From contig JBHLRQ010000018.1 in assembly GCA_048882385.1 (NCBI GenBank), positions 9,614 to 41,826 on the forward strand: a DNA stretch of 32,213 bases, read 5' to 3'. This document shows, piece after piece, positions 9,493 to 16,573 of this stretch (position 1 is its first letter; every line of letters begins with the position of its first letter). Source of the stretch: Candidatus Thorarchaeota archaeon (GTDB taxonomy: Archaea; Asgardarchaeota; Thorarchaeia; Thorarchaeales; Thorarchaeaceae). The translations under genes were made by a program, and so were the position numbers. Under the pieces are notes generated by a model. That model saw only the letters and a program-made list of their open reading frames with translations. It did no database searches and was not told where the DNA came from.

Positions 9493-10678
9493 TCAAATAA
9501 TTGAGAAGAATTACTCCTCTCTTTAGGTCAAGATCTGTGAGTGGGGAGTCAGATGAGACTTTTGCCTTACTCGCCAATAGAAGTAATAGAGCCACTAGTC
9601 TGGGGACTAAGCGAGCATATTGCAGTAGGAAATCTTTGTTACCAGTAGAGTCTACGACAAGACCTTCTAATCTCCTTGTCAGAAGCTGAATTCTTTCTTC
9701 AACACCTTCTGCTGGTCTAAGACCCTGAAATATCTCGACCGCAGCTGATTCATCCTGAAGAAACTCGGAAGAGATACCTACCTTTTCAAACATTTCAAGT
9801 GCACCAACAATTGTAGAATCATAATGTTCCGCTTCAAGTCGATTGAGTCCTTTCCTTACTGCTTGAATCTGTCCTAACAGACGTAGTGAATTTGTTAGTA
9901 GTGTACGAGATGCGCCTGATGTCGAGGATGCCATTTCTGCTAAATGTTCTTCGTGAACTTTCTCAAGATTTGCAGCTAATGATGAATTGAGTTTTCGATC
10001 AAAGCCAGGAGAAAATCCAACACTGGCTGCTTGAGGGAGCAGCGTATGAGTTCCGAGTCTACGAATCGCAGTAAGCGTTGTAAAGTCTTCAAGAGGGACA
10101 TAGAAGAGGAGAATACGAACAATGTCGTATCCGGTTTCGAAATCAGCCTCTGTCGTAACATTTCTACCTTGTGCCTTACATGAGAAAGCGCTTAGTAAAA
10201 CCCAAGATGATAGGATATCTTCACGAAGCTCCTTTCGCAATCTTGGAGTAGCAAGCTCATGTTCTTCAAGAAAACGAGACAGCTTATCTGCTGCAACGCT
10301 TGCTCTCTGAAGACTTGGTCCACTGAGTTGTAAATCTGCAATTGATTTGATGAATTCCCTTGGTTCGCGTGATGGGGGACGGAGGACAAATCCAGGGTCA
10401 TTTCTTGACATCTGCCACCATTTTGAAGATGAGGTAAAGTAATCTAGAACGTCAATTGCCACTGTAACATCAGAAAGTGTGGCAACCTCTCTTCCGTCAA
10501 GATATCCTACAAGTCGAGTAAACAGTCTGATAAAACGCGTAAGGTGCACTGAAATCTTCTCTTCCACAAATTGACTGTCAGTGAATCTCGAAACCACCGT
10601 TTCAATCTGAGTTGGTATAGATTTCTCTAGACCAGTGCGTAGTAATCCACTGTAGACATCTACGGGAGTCCTAGACAA
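9482..10678 (-). CDS. Hypothetical all-alpha protein with four tandem AAA+ lid-like repeats
   Basis: 398 aa. Four roughly 100-aa units end in GREVATLSD, GRNVTTEAD, GLNRLEAEH and SPLTDLD; no Walker A motif. The CDS is confident; the fold call is inference. Confidence 0.6.
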   Translation of the reverse strand: MSRTPVDVYSGLLRTGLEKSIPTQIETVVSRFTDSQFVEEKISVHLTRFIRLFTRLVGYLDGREVATLSDVTVAIDVLDYFTSSSKWWQMSRNDPGFVLRPPSREPREFIKSIADLQLSGPSLQRASVAADKLSRFLEEHELATPRLRKELREDILSSWVLLSAFSCKAQGRNVTTEADFETGYDIVRILLFYVPLEDFTTLTAIRRLGTHTLLPQAASVGFSPGFDRKLNSSLAANLEKVHEEHLAEMASSTSGASRTLLTNSLRLLGQIQAVRKGLNRLEAEHYDSTIVGALEMFEKVGISSEFLQDESAAVEIFQGLRPAEGVEERIQLLTRRLEGLVVDSTGNKDFLLQYARLVPRLVALLLLLASKAKVSSDSPLTDLDLKRGVILLNYLISD

Positions 10679-10750
10679 AGCCCTGTAATCTCCTGTTGTG
10701 TCAAAGCTCTGTTTTTGATTTATAAAAGACTGGATTACGTGTTATTTACA

Positions 10751-11527
10751 CTACTTCCCAAACCTTCGAGATCGTTCACCATAGGAACGCAACGCACGCC
10801 ATATATCGATACGTCTCACAGCAGGCCAGTAAATCTGTGCGAAATAGAGCTCTGAATAGGCTGATTGCCATAAAAGAAAACCTGAGAGGCGTTCCTCGCC
10901 AGAGGTCCGAATTATGAGATCAGGATCTGGTACACCATCTGTGTAAAGATGGCCTTCAATTATATCTTCATCAATTTGAGATGGCGCCATCTCACCAGAT
11001 GCAATTTTCTCACCAATCGCCTTCACAGCATCAACAAGTTCAGCTCGACCTGAATAGCCAATGGCTACATTGAGGATATGTTCATTATAATCACGGGTTT
11101 CCTCTTCTGCGGCCCTTATTGCTTGTTGTACTTTTTCAGGTAGAAGGTCCACTCTACCAATTGCTCTGATTCTCACTCTATGGCGATGAACATCAGGATT
11201 ACCAACAACCTCTGAAAATTTCTCTTCTGCAAGTGTCATTATTTGCTCTATTTCAGCTTTCTTTCTTTGAAAATTCTCGATCGAGAAAGCGTACAGAGTG
11301 CAGACTTTGACATTGGCCTCCCATAGGATTCGTAGAACCTCCATGACCTTTGCAGCGCCTTTTTGATGTCCAAACCAAGGAACTTCAAGTCCGTGTTTTC
11401 GTGCATAGCGGCGGTTTCCATCTAGAATGATACCAACATGTCTAGGTGCCCAGTCCTTGTCTAACTGACGGTACAAGTAGTATTCATATAATCTGTACAC
11501 AGGGCCGGATAAGTTCAATTCTAACAC
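10751..11527 (-). CDS. uppS: Cis-prenyltransferase (polyprenyl/undecaprenyl diphosphate synthase)
   Basis: PRHVGIILDGNRRYA, YAFSIENF, PDLIIRTSGEERLSGFLLWQSAYSE and C-terminal RRFG. Confidence 0.96.
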   Translation of the reverse strand: MLELNLSGPVYRLYEYYLYRQLDKDWAPRHVGIILDGNRRYARKHGLEVPWFGHQKGAAKVMEVLRILWEANVKVCTLYAFSIENFQRKKAEIEQIMTLAEEKFSEVVGNPDVHRHRVRIRAIGRVDLLPEKVQQAIRAAEEETRDYNEHILNVAIGYSGRAELVDAVKAIGEKIASGEMAPSQIDEDIIEGHLYTDGVPDPDLIIRTSGEERLSGFLLWQSAYSELYFAQIYWPAVRRIDIWRALRSYGERSRRFGK

Positions 11528-11591
11528 ACTCTATTTTGTCGACGATTGAATGTTTTTCCCTAATAGAGTTGATGTTTCAACTGTAGATGTA

Positions 11592-11963
11592 CTAAATCAT
11601 TCCTGCAACTTTTTCAGCAGCTCGTTTCATGTCGAGGAAGATAAGGCCCAGTTTTGCATTGGCAGTCGTAGAAACTGTGAGACATGCATTCATTCCCGCC
11701 TGAACAACTAGCAACCATCCATCTACACCCTTGATGTTGACCTGTTCTAGATTTCCTTTTCCAAGTTCTATTGCAGCCTTTTCACCAAGGGTCAGCATTG
11801 CAGCAGTCATTGCTGCTACTTTTGCCTCATCAACATCTGTTGGCAAAGCTGATACGATTGGAAGTCCTTCAACACTGACTATTGCACATGCCTCAATTTC
11901 TGGAATGCTTCCCTGCAGCTCATTTAGAACGCCTTCAAGTGTATTTTCGCGGGATTCTCCCAT
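11592..11963 (-). CDS. Roadblock/LC7 (MglB-like) protein
   Basis: IVSVEGLPIVS, VAAMTAAML and AKLGLIFLDMK. ATG 11963 follows AGGTGAGG; the gene is directly downstream of the GTPase. Confidence 0.92.
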   Translation of the reverse strand: MGESRENTLEGVLNELQGSIPEIEACAIVSVEGLPIVSALPTDVDEAKVAAMTAAMLTLGEKAAIELGKGNLEQVNIKGVDGWLLVVQAGMNACLTVSTTANAKLGLIFLDMKRAAEKVAGMI

Positions 11964-11978
11964 TGGCCTCACCTGTAT

Positions 11979-12551
11979 TTACTTGTACATCCTTTTCAAA
12001 ATGACTTCTCTAGCTATTGCTTGAAATGCCCTCTTAACTCCTACGCCTTGTACAGCAATGGTTTCATAGATGGGGACATTTCCACCTAGACCGAGTAGAT
12101 CGAGCATCTCATCACGTGACATTCTGTTGGGGAGGTCTCGCTTGTTGAGCATGACCACAATTGGAATCTCACGACCCAGAGCATCTCCAAGAAACAGCTT
12201 CAATTCTTCAAAACTCTCAGTGTTCTCATCACGCTGATCTGGTGATGAGTCTGCAACAAAGAGAATTCCATCAGTACCCTGTAGAACTACTTTCCTCTGA
12301 TGCCTGTGTCTCTTCTGTCCAGCCACTGTAAAGACATCAAACAGAACTCGCCCACCAGCACTCATAGGCACATAGTCAAAAAACAGTGTACGATTTGTTT
12401 CATCCTCTATCGCAGTGAACTCACCTTTCTGTAGCCCTTCTACTTTGCCGTATAGCCAACGGAGTGCGGTTGTTTTACCACCTAGGGACGGGCCATAGAA
12501 TACTAGCTTGAGATGAATGCGTCCCTTGTCGTCTTTTCGAATTGTAAACAC
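11979..12551 (-). CDS. MglA-family small GTPase
   Basis: KLVFYGPSLGGKTT (G1), ETNRTLFFD (switch I with intrinsic Arg), FTVAGQ (G3), NKRDL (G4) and TIAVQG (G5). Confidence 0.92.
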   Translation of the reverse strand: MFTIRKDDKGRIHLKLVFYGPSLGGKTTALRWLYGKVEGLQKGEFTAIEDETNRTLFFDYVPMSAGGRVLFDVFTVAGQKRHRHQRKVVLQGTDGILFVADSSPDQRDENTESFEELKLFLGDALGREIPIVVMLNKRDLPNRMSRDEMLDLLGLGGNVPIYETIAVQGVGVKRAFQAIAREVILKRMYK

Positions 12552-12821
12552 CTCATTGTGTCACTGCAGAGGTCCCTGTATTGGGAGTTGATTGAGTAAA
12601 AGTTCAGTCTAATAAAAGCCTTTGTGGCACGGGAGGGTCATTCTGGACGCCTCTCTTTATAGATTGAACTCTTCATCTCAATATGCACTGACTGACAGCT
12701 CTGCCAGATGCAATACAACTGTGTGTGTTATGTTTGGCTTGCAAATACTGAGTTCAGCGTCATGAAGAAGCCAAAGCATTATCTACCAGCGGAGAGAGAG
12801 TATACAGAGGGAGATCACTTG

Positions 12822-13151
12822 ATGGATAATCAGGAACACAAAACCTGCCCATCGTGCGGCAAAGGGATGGAGAAGGGATATCTCATCAGTAAAATGGGAG
12901 TATATTGGGATACCCATGTCCCAAGATTCATTGCACCAGGAACTCTCTTGTCACCAAATACAACAGAGGTGTTCAAGATGCATTATATTCCATCGCACAG
13001 GTGTCAATCCTGCAAAATCATTCAATATGGTGAACCATCTGACCTTGTTCATCTTGCATGTCCTCATTGTGAAGCTAAATACCAATACGAGGTGACTAAG
13101 GAATCGAAACAGTTTGTCTGTCAGAACTGCAATAAAACCTTCACCAAATGA
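12822..13151 (+). CDS. Double zinc-ribbon protein (DUF6487/PF20097-like N-terminal part)
   Basis: CPSCGKGMEKGYL...RCQSCKII, followed by CPHC...CQNC. Start reassigned from 12708 to ATG 12822, which follows GAGGGAG. Confidence 0.7.
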   Translation: MDNQEHKTCPSCGKGMEKGYLISKMGVYWDTHVPRFIAPGTLLSPNTTEVFKMHYIPSHRCQSCKIIQYGEPSDLVHLACPHCEAKYQYEVTKESKQFVCQNCNKTFTK

Positions 13152-13226
13152 ATGGCATGTGTTTGTTCTCTAGAACTAACACTCACTAAAGTGCTAATCT
13201 ACCAGATGTAAATACAACTACTGAAC

Positions 13227-13691
13227 TCAAACTCGTTCAAGTTCGGCCAGAGCTGACTTGAGATCCTCCTCGTCCAGCTCACTCTCTTTGGGAGATAGTG
13301 GCTCTACTGCAAGGAACTTGTCAAGCTCATCTGCAAGTTGTACGCCCTGCTTCTTCATCACAAGCCGGATCAGACCAATGTTTACCTCTGCTTCTGAAAC
13401 AACACAGAGTACACCTTTCCCACAGGCTGAGGCGAAGATTTTGCCCTCCGAGAACTCAGAAGTGACTATCTCAAGCTCCCCAATCTGCAGGTTTTTGCCC
13501 TGCTCCTCACTTGCGCAGAAGACCGCACTGGCTATAGCTCCGATTGAATCTACGTCGACAGGATAGTAGCTCAGTTTACTTACGTTGGCTATTGTAAGAC
13601 CGGTCTTGTCTACAAGGATTACCTTCTTGATGCCCTTATCTTGTCTGATTATCTCGGTCAATATCTTGTCGAAGGCTTTTGGATCACTCAC
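13227..13691 (-). CDS. Roadblock/LC7 protein with acidic C-terminal extension
   Basis: ILVDKTGLTIA, IGAIASAVF and VNIGLIRLVMK; tail ELDEEDLKSALAELERV; GAGGTG RBS. Confidence 0.9.
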   Translation of the reverse strand: MSDPKAFDKILTEIIRQDKGIKKVILVDKTGLTIANVSKLSYYPVDVDSIGAIASAVFCASEEQGKNLQIGELEIVTSEFSEGKIFASACGKGVLCVVSEAEVNIGLIRLVMKKQGVQLADELDKFLAVEPLSPKESELDEEDLKSALAELERV

Positions 13692-13709
13692 TTCCAGTAC
13701 ACCTCATTC

Positions 13710-14009
13710 TCATTCATTATTCTTGAGGACAACCAATATGAGGCCCTCGCTCACTTCCGGTGCGATGTTTATCTGACCCTTTGTGGTATCAAGAGTCAGG
13801 AATGACAGTGACCCCTCTCGAAGTTCACGCACTGCGTCTAGTGCCTTTCCTACGAGGGAGGTGATAATTGCAGCGACATTCTCTGTGGTATCAGGGTCCA
13901 GATCACTACTAAGCGGAAGACCCTCCATATTTGTTACAACAACTCCACGGACGCCTTCCTGTGACTTCAGTTTTGAAAGAATCCCTTGAAGTTTTTCTTG
14001 GCTAATCAA
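13710..14009 (-). CDS. Short roadblock/LC7 (DYNLRB-like) protein
   Basis: KLKSQEGVRGVVVTNMEGLPLSS...LSFLTLDTTKGQINIAP...LILVV. Start reassigned from 14168 to TTG 14009, which follows GGGGA; 99 aa. Confidence 0.88.
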   Translation of the reverse strand: MISQEKLQGILSKLKSQEGVRGVVVTNMEGLPLSSDLDPDTTENVAAIITSLVGKALDAVRELREGSLSFLTLDTTKGQINIAPEVSEGLILVVLKNNE

Positions 14010-14144
14010 CGTACAGTATCCCCGCTGCGTCAACTGTTCATTAACATCTACGCCGCAGTTGACTATTTTAGACTTGTGGAGATATGTTACCACTCCACAC
14101 GCACCAATTGCGCATTCGGTGAATATTTGGGGTTGTGTTACATC

Positions 14145-14184
14145 AAAAAATGGGTGCGGCCGTGTCAAGGAGTAGACACGACCG
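14145..14184 (-). terminator. Hairpin plus U6 tract downstream of the Sec23/24-like gene
   Basis: Minus strand CGGTCGTGTC-8 nt-GACACGGCCG (10 bp with one G-U), then TTTTTT, about 20 nt after the stop codon. Confidence 0.55.
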
Positions 14185-14203
14185 ATTAATGAAACATTAA
14201 GAG

Positions 14204-15826
14204 CTATTCTTCTTCTTCGTCATCAAAGAGTTTCTTCGAGCTTCTTTTCATCTGAGCCAGACTGCCAGTAAACGCTTTGTCTGCAGCTCCTGAGGGAGCT
14301 GCTGCGGGAGCTTCCGCAAGCATCTCCTCCTGACGGGCAATCTCCTCTTCTTCGTTGTTCAAAACATTGTCAGTCTTGTCAAGCATTGCTTGAACAGCTT
14401 TCGGAGCATCCTTTGCTTTGGTCTTCAGAGCCTTCCTAAATGATGCTATTCTCTTTCGACCCTTCTCTCTGTCACCCCTGAATGACTCTTCACCGGCTTT
14501 CTGAGTCACAAAAGTGGCACCAACCGTTGGATCGAGTGTTTCCATGATTTCTTCTTCATTCTTGGAAACTCTGAGTTTGGTAGTCACTGCGCGCACCCTT
14601 CGAGCGCCTTCTTCGTCAGTATATGTGACTTGAACCTGAATAGGAACCTCGCTTTCCTTGATCTCTTTCTCGGGCTCAACCTCGAAGTAGAGCTCGTGAT
14701 CTTCTCCAACGACTCCGATCTTACTCTCGCTCTTCTTCTTGAGTTGGTCAACTACAGCTCGAGAAACTCCTGAAGCATCCTTGACCTTCACGCCTGGAGG
14801 TGTTACAAGACGAACTTCAACATCTCTTCCGAGAAGTGAAGCTCCTGCAAGTTCCGAGAGACTTCTGTCAAGCTCGTTTGGAGTGACATAATACATCTGC
14901 CCTCCTGTAGCCTCAGGCAAAAGTCCAAGTGTCTGAAGCTCCATACCTGCTCCTGATGCAATACCAACAACATCTACAGCTGTACCTAACTCCATGAACA
15001 TCTTTCCTAGGTCCTCATAGTACTTACTTGCCGGAGTGACCTGATATCCTTCAAGGGCGCCAATTCCTTCATTTGCCAGCCCATCAGTAAGAAGAACTAC
15101 TCTTCCAACATTTCGATGTTTGGCAATTACAAAAGCCATGCCCACTGCAGGACCAAGCGCTGTTCCGCCTTGGTCACGGAGCGCCTGTACATGTTTCTTC
15201 AGCTTGTCCTGATTCTTACCAACTCCTATCAACTTGACATCATCGAGGAGTTTCTTTGTTGCATTCATGATATCATTGAGACTTGCGAAGGAGTTTCTTG
15301 GAAGTTCGACGGGGTTTCCATTTTCGAGATTACGAGCCACAACCGAGCTCTCAAACTCTATCAGACCGAACATTGTATCCGGTGCATTTGCTGCAAGACT
15401 ATCAATAGATGTGTTTAGACTGCGTTTTACTGCTGCTAAGTTTGCTCCAGCCATAGATCCTGATACATCAATGAGCCCTAAGAAGGACTTTCCACCCACA
15501 GCAATTGTTTCAGTAGCAGTTTCTGGATCAGGTGGTCCTTCTATAACAAAATCGGTATCATCACCAGCAACAACTACTTCACCCTCTATGATATTTAGAG
15601 TTCCACAAAACGGACACACAAAGTGCTTGCCCACCTTTGGATCCTCTTGGATTTGGTCTACACTAAGAAGGAAACCATTACACTTGTGGCATGCAATTGG
15701 TTTTCCTACAATCTTTGTTGTTTCATGCGCTAGATGACCAAATTCTACACGCAAAACGTAAGGAATGTCGCTCAGTACTTTCTTGGATGCTGGAAAAGAT
15801 TCTGAGCTAGTTCTCAACATAGGCAA
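14204..15826 (-). CDS. Sec23/Sec24-like protein (Zn finger, vWA trunk, beta-sandwich, helical tail)
   Basis: PIACHKCNGFL...FVCPFCGTLN (zf-Sec23/24 pattern); LIDVSGSM, GGTALGPA and LLTDGLANEGIGAL (vWA); IQVQVTYTDEEGARRVRAVT (Sec23/24 beta-sandwich). Confidence 0.82.
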   Translation of the reverse strand: MPMLRTSSESFPASKKVLSDIPYVLRVEFGHLAHETTKIVGKPIACHKCNGFLLSVDQIQEDPKVGKHFVCPFCGTLNIIEGEVVVAGDDTDFVIEGPPDPETATETIAVGGKSFLGLIDVSGSMAGANLAAVKRSLNTSIDSLAANAPDTMFGLIEFESSVVARNLENGNPVELPRNSFASLNDIMNATKKLLDDVKLIGVGKNQDKLKKHVQALRDQGGTALGPAVGMAFVIAKHRNVGRVVLLTDGLANEGIGALEGYQVTPASKYYEDLGKMFMELGTAVDVVGIASGAGMELQTLGLLPEATGGQMYYVTPNELDRSLSELAGASLLGRDVEVRLVTPPGVKVKDASGVSRAVVDQLKKKSESKIGVVGEDHELYFEVEPEKEIKESEVPIQVQVTYTDEEGARRVRAVTTKLRVSKNEEEIMETLDPTVGATFVTQKAGEESFRGDREKGRKRIASFRKALKTKAKDAPKAVQAMLDKTDNVLNNEEEEIARQEEMLAEAPAAAPSGAADKAFTGSLAQMKRSSKKLFDDEEEE

Positions 15827-16008
15827 TTAATATCCGTCTCCAAAATTTATTGGCTGACTTTTACGTGAGCGGTTTTAAGTGAATCGACGAAGAATACTGG
15901 AGACCTATTCTAAAAAATGGAATACCAGACCGACGCGTAAGATATTTACGGGCAATGGGTTAGAACTGAGGATAGTCTAATCAGACCTCTCGGGAGGATA
16001 ACTCACAA

Positions 16009-16374
16009 ATGGTGGATCAAGCAAAGATAGAACAAGTTGTACAGGAAACAATGGCTGCTAATGCAGATCTGGAAGGCATTGTAATCTGCGATGCTAAAGG
16101 CAATGTGCTCTTTGGCCACACTATTAGTGGTGGCACCAAACACTCAGATGTCGCAAATCTTTCCGTTAAGATAGCTGCTAATTCCTCCCAACTTTCTGCA
16201 GGTCTAGACAAGGGCGGCCTAAAGGAAGTCAGTATTGCATCAGATAACGGTTTCATTATCATCCTCGGAGATGTGAAAATAGTACTGGCTGGAATAGCAG
16301 GGGAAGGCGCACGAGAATCACTGGGTCTTCTTAGAATGGCTCTACGACGAGCACTATTATCGATAATCAAGTAA
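16009..16374 (+). CDS. Roadblock/LC7 protein, divergent from the Sec23/24-like gene
   Basis: LEGIVICDAKGNVL, GGLKEVSI and SLGLLRMALRR; GGAGG RBS. Confidence 0.82.
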   Translation: MVDQAKIEQVVQETMAANADLEGIVICDAKGNVLFGHTISGGTKHSDVANLSVKIAANSSQLSAGLDKGGLKEVSIASDNGFIIILGDVKIVLAGIAGEGARESLGLLRMALRRALLSIIK

Positions 16375-16573
16375 GACCGCGCCTATAAAAGTCAACAGAG
16401 TTACACTTTTCAAGACAACAGAGGATGCCCTGTTGGCCTGAATACATTATTCAGACATAGCTGGGGTAATACTTGGGTCATACCAACCGTATTTAGGCCT
16501 GTGTAAAATCAGAATAACACACTCGGACACGCCGTGGCTGATCTGACTATAAATTGCCGGAAGGGAACGGGAC

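Noticed and set aside
13149-13200. Possible selenocysteine read-through of TGA stops (zinc-ribbon and PCI-like genes)
   Set aside because: The domains are complete before the TGA, and no SECIS or homologous continuation was seen.
14010-14168. Cys/His-containing N-terminal extension of the short roadblock ORF
   Set aside because: It runs through the terminator and hairpin spacer; a better RBS and start lie at 14009.
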